From the NCBI GenBank assembly GCA_002633005.1, contig NMRA01000256.1, positions 468,120 to 532,119 of the forward strand: a DNA stretch of 64,000 nucleotides. The letters run 5' to 3'. Made by a program: the position numbers and the translations under genes. The notes under the pieces were generated by a model. That model saw only the letters and a list, made by a program, of their open reading frames with translations, searched no databases and was not told the DNA's origin. Source of the DNA: Phoronis australis. Taxonomy: Eukaryota; Animalia; Phoronida. Shown in pieces: positions 11,761 through 25,924 of this stretch (positions are counted from its first letter, which is position 1; the number at the start of each line of letters is the position of its first letter).

Positions 11761-13856
11761 GCAAGCGTCTGTATTTCGTGTACACATTCCTTAAAAACAC
11801 AGATTCTATTGGAACTGATCAACAAGCCTGTGCATTTGGCCAAAAATCTTCAACTTTTTAACTTTAACACAAACACAGTAAAAATGTATATTTTCTGAAA
11901 ATAGAAAGTTTGTAAAATGTGATTTTGGACGTCATACCAACCTGACACTAATTAAAAGGACATTCTCGGTGAGAAAAAATAATTTTAAAGAAAGTAGTAG
12001 TAGCGGAGACTCACTAATTTCGTAGTAGCAGCCGAATGATTTACCTCTGAGCTAAATACTACGCATAAGGTAGCCAAATAAATGACAAAAACGCCAGCCT
12101 TGTTTCCAGCGAATGTCTGGCAGACATCTGCGATAATTGGCAAACTGTTACAACCCCCCGCTTCAAAAAGTTAATCCCATTCAACAATAATTGCAAAATT
12201 GCGTTTTCGGCAGCAAAAACATGCCCCTTTAACCAGCCGGATGTATACTGCACAAAGCAGAGCCAATGAAATTACCAATTTTTTGTTTAATCTTCAAATG
12301 TTTAATCATTTGAGAGGCATGGCCGCAAAACACGTCAAAATGAACGATTAGTATAGGAAATTAGAAAGCTGGTCACTGTTTTTTCCTGCTCAATTAGTTA
12401 ACGGAGGCTAATTAGTTGCAAAAACGTCTTGACATGTACTTGCGCATAACAGGTGTAGCCAAGATAAGCCCTCAAACTATTTCGTGAGTTGTACATTCTG
12501 CCAGGAATTTTTCCACTTGATAAAAGATCAGACGATGGCATCGCCATGTTTTTATCTACATGATCCTTACTGAGCTGCGGCTGTCCATAAACACATGTTG
12601 CACGGCAACCACAGCTTGATGAAAACTACAATGAGCCCATTTTCTGTCAAAATAAAAAAACAACTTTAGACTTAGGTCACTTGCCTTTATAAAACTAACG
12701 TGCCCATTGCTATGATTTTAGGTGATTCCTGGGACGCCTATAAAGAAACTTTTTCGATTCTAACATGTAGCGAAATCGACTACTTAAGACCAACTTGTCT
12801 TAGCCCCCTGTCATGAAATTTCTTTCGCCTTGTGTAACTGTCTAAAACGAACACGGAACTAGGCTTTTTACACTCAAAACATGGTCTCATAATAATATTG
12901 CTTACCGTGACACAGTTTTATTTCCGCCACCAAAATCAAATATTGAAACCATCAGGGACTCGAGAAGTTTGGAGTATCTAAGGGGTGGCTAACCTTGTTT
13001 GCGGATTTGAAAATGGCGCATATGCATTGCTATGACCTTAGTTTTGGGCTCCAAGTGCTTCGAATAATACTTCAATATTGACAACTTAACAGGGGCGTAA
13101 TTCAGCTTCAAATAACCATAAGCTATTTTGACAGAATCCGTCTAAAGCCCCAATACACTCACCGTCGGTGTCAAAGCCCTTGCTGCTATTTAATTGGTTT
13201 CAACCTTTCCCGTTAGAGATTAGAAGTAATTTCTTTTTGATTCTACTGAAAACTGAACGCAGTTATATGTAATTAAAGACTGGCATATGTTATGCGCAGA
13301 AAGCAACATGACCGCCCGAGTTTCACAAAAATACATAAAGTGAATTTGTTGCCTGCAGTTAAAAGGACTAACTTGATTTACGTACGAAACAAAGCAGTTT
13401 GGATATTATATGGTAGACCTAGCAGCAAATGGTTTTATATTAAATCATCGACAAAGGCTTCCAGTGACATTTTTCCGCAATCAAGATGGCGACCTCATCA
13501 ATTCTTCGAAGTTTCGTACCTAGGTACAGTGAAAATGGCCGGTGGTGTAAAAACGGCGTGAAAAAAGCCAAAGGGGTAATCTCCAGAAAGAGAGACGAAG
13601 AGCCGAAGCAAATTGGAACAGTTTAACTACAGCGAATAAGCATTTGGGAACGAAATCGAGCGCTAGACTGCCGTGCAAGAACTGCCGAGCCTGCTCGAGT
13701 AGACAGCCGGGTGGGTGTGCGGTACTCTCCCGTCTTCATAAAAAACGCTTGACATTCACGTTTGATTTAAAGCGTAAACCTCTAACTGTTTATGAAAAGC
13801 TAGTATTTGACTAATCAACCGAGTGGATCCCACGCTGACCCTAATTTTGTTCGATA

Positions 13857-14085
13857 GGAGGAAGTGTGGCCTAGTGTGATAGGTGTCCGCTTTCTTTACT
13901 CGAGGTCGTGGGTTCGAGTCCCACTGGGCCGCACTGCTAAACCATTGATTCAGGTTTCCAATTCCTCAGCTCTGTTTTAACGAAGCATAACAGTGATTCC
14001 AGGTGATCAGTGCAATGGGCCCACACGCACGACCTGCGCACGTTTTGTACAACGTGTATCAGACCGCCTGCAATTACTTTTTATA
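13857..14085 (+). mobile_element. tRNA-derived SINE-like element
   Basis: Pol III A box TGGCCTAGTG (13867-13876) and B box GGTTCGAGTCC (13911-13921) with T-arm stem gtggg/cccac; no intact cloverleaf; 3' extent approximate. Confidence 0.6.
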
Positions 14086-17000
14086 ATTTTTTCGAGTGAT
14101 CTCCACCAGTCGGCAAAATTATGTAAAATTCGGTTTCCAAATTTGCGAAATCCTCATTGAAACCCCGATGGTCTGATAATTATATTACTCAATTAAAAAT
14201 ACAAACAGTACTGTGTTGTCGGATACGATGCCTGAAATCCAAAATTTGAGCAGTAACTGAATACGACGCCCTTTTAATTAACAGTCAGAGGAGTCGAGCC
14301 TGAGAGTAACTGGCCTCGCAAATTTTTGCTAATGTAAATGCAACAACGCAAGGAATATATAGCGGTACTATCAACCCCTCCCAATGTTTGATTAGGTAAA
14401 CTTTACTAACTTATATTAGCTTTTTGAGAACGGCTGGGATCGAAATCTCCTTATTTAGCAGTCACAGCCACTGGCTGCGCATCCCCGCGTTCTTCTTCGA
14501 AGTGGGAAATGTATGAGACATGATGTCCTTCATCCATGGATATTTCAAGAGATTTGCCTAAACAGTAAGCCATTAGTAGGCCTGCATCCTACCGCACATC
14601 AGTGAACCCTTGGCGGCATTGTGATGTCAGGAAAACGCTGTTTATATCAGTGCGTTGAAATCTTCCGCACACATTACATGGCCTGGGATGTGTAGGTGGC
14701 GCTACACGTCTGTCTGGCGGGACTTCAATATTGCACGATTATTTCTAAACTCAGCTATTGACAAAAACATGTCACTCAGAAACAACTATGCAAAGACACA
14801 ATTTAAGTGCAAGAAAAGCAGTAAAACAAAACGCATTGAACAAAGTCGAATATGCGCTTGGCATTTCTTTTTATGTCCGACATTTCAAGATAACAGCATA
14901 CACTTTTCACTTCGCATGTGGAGATAACCTTACCGGACCTAAGACAGATAATACACGCTAGTGTTGGCTTACTAAGCAAATGCCTTTAGCAGAAAAATAT
15001 ATAAAGTGAAAAGCGCCCAACCCAGTGGCTCCGGACGAACAACATGCCCTAAATTATGAATGAAGAACGGAGTACAAACCGCGTTTACCGCGAACGAGTG
15101 ATACAGACATCACAAATCAAATGGATTTGAATTGTTTTCCTTTCGTCCAAGTGGAAGGGACTGATGATACTATCTGAAACTATACTATTTTGAAACTGGT
15201 TCGCTAAATTCCTTGGTTTCCGCTATAATCAATATGTATGTACCTGGTTCTACTGAGTTCGGAACACCGGAAAAACTAAAGTTATTTGTAAACAAATATT
15301 TTTTACACGAAGACAAAGTTGGAGACACAGAGCCGATTTAAACGGTGTCTTCATAGAACGAAGCATGCACATTGCGGGCAGGGACACTTCAAAGTAAGCG
15401 CGTAAAATTTTTTGCAACATAATTAACGTAGTTTTCACCAGTGTTTGAACATGCACAATATGCGACGAAATGCCGTTAAATTCAATAAAAAAGACACATT
15501 CAAATTTCAAAGCTCTCTGAAATACGGCGATATGTGGGTGCCGACATTGTTACAAATCAATCAATGTCCGCAGGAGCAGATAATTTAAGCTAAAGGACAA
15601 TTTCTAAAGCCATTAATTCCATAAAACACAGTTCAGACAGAGATAATATGTGGCCGATCATAGAACTGTCTCATGTCTTCCTTTAATCTGAAAAAAAGAT
15701 TTCTCTTTGAAATTACAACTATCGATTTACACGCATGGTTGTTATTTTAGAAAAAAATGAAAACAAAACAAAGCACAAAGAAGATGTCGTAAAAGAAGTT
15801 GTTGAACTATTTCATCTAAAAAATTTATACCACCATTTGGCCATTCATCAACCCAAAGTATTCCAAAAGTAGAAACAATTTACAGGCTTAGTTGGAGTCC
15901 TATGTTAATTTGAATTTTTACGACAGATTTTGTTTTATCGACTGAAGTTCGGTGCCAATTGCTCAAGACGTCAATTTGTTGGTGCCTCGCCAGAAATAAC
16001 ATTTCACTTAAATATCCAGACTTCATTATAGGTCACGTGGTGTGGCGAACGTATGACGTAAGAAGATTTTCATTCATGTGCTGATTTATAACAGAGCAAT
16101 TTCAATTGTACTTTGAAATTACTACGCCATTTTGGAAGAGGGTTATTGAGAAACCAGTTTTGACTAATCTGTTATGTATTAAGCATCTTTTGAAGAAGTT
16201 CCAACGAAAAGAAGCTGAATGAAACTGTTGTTCCTAAACTATTTCCGGTTTGTCCCGCTGCGTTTACAAGGCGATTTGGTCACGGAAAAAGTTGACCTGG
16301 AACTAAATGCGTCAGCACTGATATCTGACGTGTTGTCAAGTGACAATCACGACATATTTGTTTAGTTCTGTATTTGTTCTGACACACGGGAAAATTAAAA
16401 GTCAAGAAGAACGCAAACTAATCTCGACTGTCCAGGCTCTTGACACACATGATAGGTCTACAATTACATATGCCGCCAGGTTATCAATGCGCTGTTATCT
16501 CTCTCCAGTAGATCCCGTGTTATTCAGCGGATATCAGGATAACGAACTTCAAAAGAATCTACGGACATCTTACCCAACAGAGCCTTCATTTTCCGTTCTA
16601 GAATTCTCGCCTGCTCAATTAATAGAACGTTAACATATTGAAATACAACTTAAACAAGTTACACGCATGTGACAGACAAATAAAATTGTACTAGAAACTA
16701 ACACAAAAACAAACGTAATAAATTATATCCTGAGAGCGAAAATGTGATCTACTTGGAAACCTGTTATGTCTGCTGCATCGACGGACTCTTAATGGCTGCG
16801 CATGGTGCGTTAATGGTCGAACGCAAACATAGTGGAATAGTTCTGTGGACAGGAAGAGAATGCCAACTCCACCGCCTAAGTCATCAACGTGAAAACCATC
16901 AATAAAACGGGTAATTAGACAGCAGTCTCACATCTGTCAGCTACCAAAGCAGGTAGAGATTGACCACTGGTACATTGCATCATATAAAACATCCATCACG

Positions 17001-18699
17001 GACCACCTGGCAAAGGTAAAGCACTCTCTGGTGGACTTCATGCAGAAATAGTACTCTCTGAGCGATCTTAAACTACCACTGTAAACAGTTCACGTAAACG
17101 CTTGTGTTTCTTGGACAGATTGGGGCCAAAACGGACACCGCGGGTTACTTCTATTCTAAAGCTACGCCTTCCATTGTTTTTACCTGATTAGGACAAGTTG
17201 TCATTTCTAACAATCAAAAGACGCCGTTCAAATAAAAATGCCTCGTCATACATTGGCGGCCAACTCAAAAAGTATTGACAGAAATTTCCAGGCACGCTTA
17301 GCAAATCAGAATTGGTTTAAAGTCTAGTATGAAAAATTTTACCACCTGAGGAAGTAACGCCTGATCCCGATCTAAAAATGAAATTGTGAGTGATTAACTC
17401 CAACATTATGATCTTGGGCGTTGTTAGTTTCTACCGTTACAGGAGCCTATCGTTGGAAGTGTTGGACAATTTTGGCGAAACTCGGGGCTCTTTATATTGC
17501 TTTTTTCAGTTGAAAGTCTGACTTATTATTTGGTTGACGGGTTTTGAATGAGAAGAAATTGTCCCGTTCAATAAGACCAATCTAATCTGGAAAAAGGACA
17601 CTACTTAGTTGTTTAGTGATACACTGAATTAATGCATCTCTTAAGATTAAACAAACTCTACGTCGTACCGAGTCGAAGGTCAGATAGTGATTCAAACTGA
17701 TTTGATTCGAATTGGTTTATTTGAAAGCACGAATCAACAAGACTAAAGCCTGATCGTAGAACTCATAAAAGAAACTTAAAACAGTCCAGGCTTTAAAGAG
17801 GCGTGGGACGCGAAAACTCGTAAAAATTGCGTGTAAACAGATCTTGACGAATCTGCTTCTTGAGGACGTTAACGCGCGAGTTATTCACTTTGAATATTGC
17901 TAGAATTTCAACAAAAACTAGTCAGATTCCCTTTTTTGAAACACAGACGAAATACAATCTCTTTCATCCCAATACTATTTGCAAATTTTCCGCTCCTAAT
18001 AATACATATGCGCACATACGTTTAAAAATTACCCAGACAACATTTCCCAAGTATATAATGACCATTATTTTGCTAACATCAAAGTTCATACTGTCCATAT
18101 AAGAGAAATATGTTACGTCCATGTCTTGCCAAACCAAATATTGAGACCTGCTTTGCCTTGTGTGAGAAAACTCGACGAACGATCCTTTTTAAAAGATTTG
18201 ATGCTAAAGGAAAAATTCAGAATCTTTACGACCAAACCGTACCCACAGAACACGTTGACTTCTGTTTCAGTGACAGAGAAGTACTTTGAATAAAGCAATT
18301 TAGTTTGTTTTTCGTGTTCTGTGGCACTTAAAAAGCTTTGTCAACGATTCGGCGACACCACCAAAGCAGTGTTGTAAACTTTTCCAATTATACGTCATTC
18401 ACGATACAATAACATACATGTTTGAAGCAAAACTTACACCTTTAAACTAGTATTGGGGCATGTGAAAACAATGGGTAACGACAATGTTTCTAATCCAGTG
18501 ATATGGTTTATCTCTCGCTACTATAAACTTCCATTTACCTGGAGAAACAAACTTCAGGGTGCTGCCGTTGAGCCGTCAAAATGTCAAGTTCACGATAAGA
18601 AGCTGATTTAGCGCATGCGTGAAGTCAATCCAACGGTACAAAACTTTACCTAAGTTGCCGTACAATAAGAAGACAATGGATGACCATAGAAACGGTACA

Positions 18700-19210
18700 A
18701 GCTTGGCTAACTTCGGGACATCACATATCAGAAATGGTTGATAGCATTCGTGTGAAACGTTCAGACGTGAGATACTATTAGCTCTATACACGGTTCTCTA
18801 AAACTTCGTCATGAATTGTTTTTAAAATGTTGCACTTTTTCACGAGAAGCTAAAAATGGGACTTTTATGATTTTTATGAAAAAATTCAAAAGTTGCACAA
18901 AATCAAAACGTAATGATCATTTGTAAAATTATAACGGCGTTTATGAGAATTCATCTTGAACATTTATATCAAACATAATTTGATCCTGTTATTGACACCG
19001 TTCTTTTGCCTTGAATGTACTTTTCTTTTTGAATTTCACTGAAAAGACAAGACCGCTTGACCCAATTAAGGGAACTTTGGTCAAAATCAAATTATACAAA
19101 CTTTCTACTTTCAGAAATTAACTACTTTTACTTAGTTAAAATTTGTAGTTTTATAGACATTTCGCTAAATGTACAGAATTGTCGATATGCTCCTACATGA
19201 CTACATGGAC
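18700..19210 (+). mobile_element. diverged arm of the foldback repeat family
   Basis: catcacatatcagaaatgg...aagttgcacaaaatcaaaacgtaatga...actttctactttcagaaa aligns by eye with 52330-52824 and 61380-61832. Confidence 0.6.
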
Positions 19211-20004
19211 ACTGTGATGTTGAGATTTTGAGTAATGGAGGTCTTACATCCCGCCATGAAAGTGTTAGGAGTTTATTTTATGAGTATTGTCCAGCAGACC
19301 AGATTTAATTAGAATACAATGAACTGTAAAGGAGGAATCAACAACAACACTTCATTACACACGAAAGAAATTTTTTTCACCAATTGGCGAATTTAACTTA
19401 CTTCTAAACCTTATTGAGATGGCAGTTACACGAGAGAGAGGCCCTTACTTTACCTACAACATTTGTACATGTTCACGTAATAACAATAAATTGACAAACT
19501 AAGCTAAAAGTATCACCGTGTCATAAAATAAACATGGCAAATATTTCTATACACTAATCTGACTGTTCATTTCTTACAGTCAGTGTGTCTCAATGGCAAT
19601 TTCTGTTGAGCGAATGAATAATTCAGTATTGCGTGCAGGACACCTTTGTGCTGTTTCTACTCAATAACACCATTTTCACGGTCTTGTTAACTTCAAAATT
19701 ATTTGCTACGTTCGAGCAGACGTGACCTTTAATGGGTCCACCTGCAGATAACGCGGCGTGTTTTTTATCACAATAACATTTGCAAACTTGCAAGAACCAT
19801 ATAGTAATTATGCTTTAATGAATATTTTTTTAATATTGTCCATAAAAACTGGCGGAAAACAACAATAGAATATGACAGGTCATGACGTGGTGAATTAGCA
19901 CGCCATAACATTGATCACACTGTAGTTACTTTTCATTTTTATTTTCCTAATCTATAAATGAATAATTAGATTGTCTCCAGCTCGTTCAGTGAACTCATTC
20001 ACTC

Positions 20005-20257
20005 CATGCACCAGATGACAAACAAGAGAAAGTCTTGTCTGAAGAAAGGATCCTACGGGGGGTCATGCACCAGAGGACAAACAAGTGAAAGGCTTGTCTG
20101 AAGAAAGGATCCTACGGGAGGTCATGCACCAGAGGACAAACAAGCGAAAGGCTCGTCTGAAGAAAGGATCCTACGGGGGGTCATGCACCAGAGGACAAAC
20201 AAGCGAAAGGCTCGTCTAAAGAAAGGATCCTACGGGGAGGGGGGGGGGGGTTCATGC
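20005..20257. repeat. 59-bp tandem repeat, 4 copies
   Basis: Unit catgcaccagaggacaaacaagcgaaaggctcgtctgaagaaaggatcctacggggggt starting at 20005, 20064, 20123 and 20182. Confidence 0.95.
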
Positions 20258-21026
20258 TTAATTCATTACTTTCCTGCCCACATTTTACAGTCATAAATCA
20301 ATAAATATGTTATATCTCATGGCGATTCCCGCACATTTAGGCTGCATTTCCCTGTTTAGCTGGATAAACACGAAAATCGTATTAGGCTTCTCACTCCCAT
20401 AAAACGGGTTTTCTTTATCGTAAATACGATTCTACGTGTGCTTTCGCTACCAACTCAAGTGACAGGCAATGCTTACACGTGCAATTTTCTAATTCGCAAC
20501 CTTAGGGTTGGCCAACCTCAATAAACTCCCGAGCGTATTCTTGAGGTGCTGATGGTTTCGATGTTCATTTTAATAATGCAAACAGCGAAACGTAGCTTCA
20601 AATATATCATGCAGTATCAGATTTCAAGTTATAACTAAACTTCCATTAATGGATTTATTCAAAATAATTCTACAATTAAGCGTAAATTCATATAAACAGC
20701 AGTAAAATATAAACGGCCCGAAAATTAATTGCTTAAGTTATTTTAAAAGATATTATACCACCTACCTGTTGATACGGCCGTGTAATAACCGTGTCAGGAG
20801 TACCAGCAGGTCATTGCAAGGTAACGTGGCACAGTTATCGCACAGGAAAGAAAAGAAATGTGGGTTACAGCATTTTATTATATGAAATACTTACTCAGCC
20901 AATAACGTCACCCATATAAAACACTCGCATATATTTATTTACATGGTGTTTTCACGACGTCCACCCGCTGAAAAGAAAAACTGGGCGTAGCAAACCGGGC
21001 GTCAGAAGGCGCTGAGAAAAACACGA

Positions 21027-21074
21027 ATCTGATAGTGTGACCTAGAACCATCTGATAGTGTGACGTAGAACCAT
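21027..21074. repeat. 23-bp tandem duplication
   Basis: atctgatagtgtgac(c/g)tagaacc x2. Confidence 0.85.
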
Positions 21075-21918
21075 TTCGAGTATGCGTGAAGTATTCGCGA
21101 AACAACTCCGTCATAGAAAGATGCCGACGAGAATGAAGGTTAAAGACACTTCCTGTGACATTGTCCGTCTGCAGTAGGGCACGAGACAAAATCCCCGTAT
21201 TTTCGAATTTGTTGACTCTAAACATCATGTGACATCAAATGAATATGGATAAACAAGTAAAAGGTTGATGTGCGAATGCGCCAGTTTTGTTAAGGAAATC
21301 CAAACGAGTGCAGTTAGGATGATGTTTTTCGGTGTCAGCAATCTTCGCCGTTAGGCGGCACTGTACAGGCCCGCTTTGACGGCAGTTTTGAGGTACGTAT
21401 TGGAAAATAATTTCAGTGAATGACTTGCTTGTGCTTGTGAACAAGCGAATCAGAATGATCCATTAGACAAGTTAGCCTGTATGTTCTCTTTTCCTCAACT
21501 GGCGGCTGCTATAGTAACAGTGTTACATCGAAGTACTGTAATTATTAAATCTGCTGTGCTTTCAGGTAACTCCTAAACAATATAAAATCGCAAAAAAATC
21601 TTGCGGAACAGATTTGTAGAATCTGTAGTAAATTTGCTTTTAGAATCTATTGTTGGTTCGTGTCGAGCTTAGGTAAGGAAGTGGTGTTTTGGGGCAGAAA
21701 ATTCAAATTCACATTTCAGTCGTCTTGTCTGGATTCCCTTTTCGGTGGAAGTGAAAAGGCAACCTATCGAGACATAATAAAGTTGCCGTGACCATGCGTA
21801 GCGCTTCTGGGGTGAAATGACACACACCTTATGATTTTGTTCACTCGAATTTTTGACAGAATGTAAGAGAAGTCCAGTAATGTTTATACACGATGGACTA
21901 TAAAGTACCACCTTGTAT

Positions 21919-22063
21919 AATGTAGGCGATTGTACAGTGCCCCCCTACCCAATGTACGCGATTGTACAGTGCCCCCTTATCCAATGTACGAGATTATACA
22001 GTGCCCCCTTATCCAATGTACGCGATTGTACAGTGCCCTCTTACCCAATGTACACGATTGTAC
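21919..22063. repeat. 32-bp minisatellite (~4.5 copies)
   Basis: Unit cgattgtacagtgcccccttatccaatgtacg. Confidence 0.95.
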
Positions 22064-23888
22064 NTGGCAAAACAACGAGTTTTTGCCATGTAATTGTTAG
22101 CAGATCGCAGTTCAGAAATAGATCACCCAAGTTATCTCAGTAACCACTAATTATAGGGATATTTTCAGAGATTTTGTACGTTTGCGAGGAGAGGTAAGAT
22201 AATTTTTTCAGAAATACAAATGTAGAGTTTGAAACAAAATTTCTGATGACTTAATTGTTAGGCCAATTTTCATGAAACGGACCCCCTGTTGATAATCAGT
22301 TGTTTAATGGTTCAACAGGTAAGGGACACATGGTGTACGAAAGGACAATAACCACAAATAGAGCTCCCGTCCACCATGGTTCGGGTATTTTGGGTTATAT
22401 AATTATCATCATGGTGCAAATCAGAGAAAAATCTCAACCACCTTCAAAATAATAGAAAGAAAAACAGGATTTTTCTTCAAATTCCACTTGACGGAATTTT
22501 AAACTGTAGATTAGACGACTGTTTTTGTTCACATCCCTACTATAGCCGGTCAACTGGGCATTTGTTTTCATTGGACCACAAATAGACTAAAAATTGGTTC
22601 ATTTCAGATCGGTTCCCGTTATTCGCAATCCTTTTTAGCGAATACATTCGGGCTTTTGATTTAAATTTTCCATAACACTCAACACGCAGAACCGTTAAAT
22701 TGTACCCGGAAAGTAAAGACATGCTCGCGATACGTTGTTAAGCTACATTACTTGCAGTTTGAAATCGGAAGGAAAAAGCAAACGAGATTTCAATTGTCAG
22801 TTATTATGCTGAGAAGTAAATATATCCGGGTAAAGGTTGCAGTACGAAATAGGTCTGGGTATAGAGAGGAACTCCTAAAGGTGGTTATCAAAGAACTTCA
22901 CACTTTGTGACATTATGGATTCAAATACTGCCTTAGATAAGATGACTACTCGAAAACAAAGTACAACGAACCTATGGATGTAATTTTTGTTTCAATTATT
23001 TCGAAACATAAAATCCCTGTTTAACTGCACACGAAGATTTAGAACTTTACCGCAAGAGATTTCATGAGTTTCTACTATTCCTATCTGAAGTAAAGTAAGA
23101 TAAAATATGAAGGAGATGGTTTATTAAGCCAAACAACACATACAAGAGCTTAATGAACGTAGAGAACAAAATAAGTCAATTTGTGGTATTTGGCAATTCG
23201 GTTTTCGCCACTCTCGACATTGTGGAACGTAAAGTCCCAAAGTAATAGTCAACTTATCTAAACCACGTTCAATTTAACTTGACCCATACGCCATCTCAGT
23301 TTATGACATGACACAACTACACAGACTCCCCATCTGTTGTTCGGAAAACCGTTAGAAAGACGAATGAAATTGTCAACGTTTTTGATTGTGATGTTTAAAC
23401 GGTTCAGTTAATGGTTGAAGCCTACCAAGTGAAGAACTTCGGCTGCAACGCTAACCGCTTTGAGACGCTTATATTGGCAAGTTTGTCATGTTACTAATTA
23501 ATGACTGTATTAATTGTTGCAAATAATATGCGTAGCTTATTTTTTCCAAATCATCTGGCACTGATCAATACTGAGATTGTCTGTTCAAACATTTCTTGTC
23601 GTTAATACATATAGGTCGTACTGGCTAATTATTTGATTATCATTCAGGACAAAAACAAGGGCAGAAAATATCTAATTCTTCGGTTATCTGCCATGCACAC
23701 GTGTGCGAGTGCGCGTTTGTCGGAGTGCGCATTGAATTAAAAGTTGATGTTTGAACGTAATGTGCAGGCAGATTTTGACGATTTAAGAAAGCGAAGATTT
23801 GGTGATCTAATTGTTTTGAAACAACATTTGCCTTGTGTAGCTAAACTGACAAACTAAGTCAATTGTCTTTACATAATATGTGTATTCA

Positions 23889-24004
23889 GTTTTCTCTACC
23901 ACGATACAATGTTTTCTCTACCACGATACAATGTTTTCTCTACCACGATACAATGTTTTCTCTACCACGATACAATGTTTTCTCTACCACGATACAATGT
24001 TTTC
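23889..24004. repeat. 22-bp minisatellite (5 identical copies)
   Basis: Unit gttttctctaccacgatacaat. Confidence 0.95.
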
Positions 24005-25379
24005 CAACACTATTTACGAGAGATTGCGTGCAATAAAATAGAGCACTTCTACGTCGTTATAAACTCGCGTTTCTTCCAAGAAATCAACCTCTGTTTATCC
24101 CACCCTATCAAATAATCTCAGTTTGCCTGCAACTCGAGAAGTGGTTTCTGGGCTTTGAAAAATGAAAGTTCTTTATCATATTGAGATCATGCCCAGCGTA
24201 CAAAATAACACGGCGTGACAAGCTAACTAGAAGGGTGCAGTCCCTTGCAACAATGAACCGCCAGTTCTTTCCAAGCACAGAAACCACCTCTAATTTGACT
24301 AAGGAACAATTTTGAGACCTATTTTATAACGGTGAGTGACGTAAATCAAAAGTTCTTTTTGTTACGAAAGGCGGGTTTAGAGCCACTGTTAACTGCACGT
24401 TAATACTAACGTTATCATGACAATGCATTTCTGTGTTCAGTTTGCTGGGCTTAATTAGTATGGATTTTTTCTGCAGTTAAGCGCAGAAATAAAATAATAA
24501 ACAAGTGGAAATTCGCCAGCTCCTTACTTACTATTTTCAGCAATCCATCCACAACGATGAAAATATTAAACATTTACTCTCCTCCGATACATGCACAGGT
24601 ATTGGTGTGTACATGTGCATACCATACATGTCTATGCAATCGAGGCGCCGTTGAAAGTTTTCCGCACTCCCGACACTCGACAATTTACATACGTACAGGC
24701 ATGTTGTAGTTGAGCTGCGCAAGGCTAAATAGTGCAACTTAATGAGGGCCTGGATAGGGTTTCATTCAAACAAGCACTCAACAAAAGAACCAATTCGTCA
24801 AAGGGATTTTTGAGTATAGTGACCTTGACGAACTCATATCAAATTGAATGCATGCCTGTTGAAGTTCATAATTTGACAAAAACAAAACCCACACTTTTTC
24901 ATTGTGAAGTTCTGGGTGTATTTAAAGAAACATCGTCAGGCGAAGGAGCGAAACCGTCAATACATATTAATTCATTTCTGCATGAACTTGAAGAATAGAA
25001 CCAAATGAAACTCATAAGCGGCAGCCAAGCTTCGTTCTGCCACGTCACTTGGAGATTTTATTGTTCGTTTGTAGTTGACACAAATCAATGGCATTTAAAG
25101 AAATCACATTGAAACGAAATTCTCACAGAATTAAACAAAGAGTTTTCATCTTGCAAAGGATTTTTTTTGGTTCGGTAAAGGTCATGAGGCATTTCCTTGG
25201 ACAATCAGTGAATGAATTGAAAGATCGACTTGCGTCTATAAGTTTCATCTGACGTCACTGATTCAGAATGCAGACAAAGGTCCAACTCATTGTCAAGCAT
25301 TCTGCACAGATTTCTGTCTGGTGTGAAAATAAAATTGCACAGGTACCTGACTGTATGCAGGATTATTATCAGACCCACA

Positions 25380-25780
25380 CTACGATCATCAGTTTTTGGA
25401 TCCACAGTGTGGTCAGCAGTTTCTGTCCGAGAGCATAATTTGTTGCAGCGTCGCTATAATTTCTTGCAGATCACTGATAAAGAGGTAGATGAGTGAAATA
25501 TGTTTGGCATAATTCAAGGAACGGTTTCCAGATTTTTGAAAATGTGTAGTCCAATGCAAACACTATGACTATAGATCAATCGCAGATATTTGAATCTTGT
25601 ACTGTCAGTAAGGTGATTTCTTAGACTTGTAATGCTTTGATCTCTGCTTAATGTGTCGTAAAAGATATTTTGTGCAACTTTCGAACCTTTAGGGGCATGC
25701 GCAATAATCATTGTCACAATATAGTCCCATTAGTATAAAATACGTAAAATTCCTTGTTCAGATGAGAAGTGGTTTACGGT
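25380..25780 (-). pseudogene. possible highly decayed LINE APE-endonuclease fragment
   Basis: Minus-strand peptide TMIIAHAPKGSKVAQNIFYDTL resembles the APE I-x-x-Y-A-P...F-Y-x-x-L segment, with TADH (cf. SDH) downstream; no GDFN motif found. Confidence 0.25.
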
Positions 25781-25924
25781 CTTAGAACAAAATGAGAGTT
25801 CATATTGCTGGATTGATGGCTCTCGTCTCTATCAGAAAACAATTGTCAGATCATTCTTTATTCAAGGGCAAAGTGAGACCAATTTCACAAGAATCAAGAT
25901 AAAGACTTAAAGACCTAGCTGCAC

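Noticed and set aside
13857-13930. Functional tRNA gene
   Set aside because: A and B boxes are present but acceptor and anticodon stems do not pair; better explained as a SINE head.
16830-16925. Possible CR1/L2 C-terminal relic (WNS...VINVKTINK)
   Set aside because: Too short and frameshifted to support by eye.
20005-20257. CTGAAGA...GAAA in the 59-bp repeat as a tandem hammerhead ribozyme
   Set aside because: I could not form stems I-III around the core motifs.
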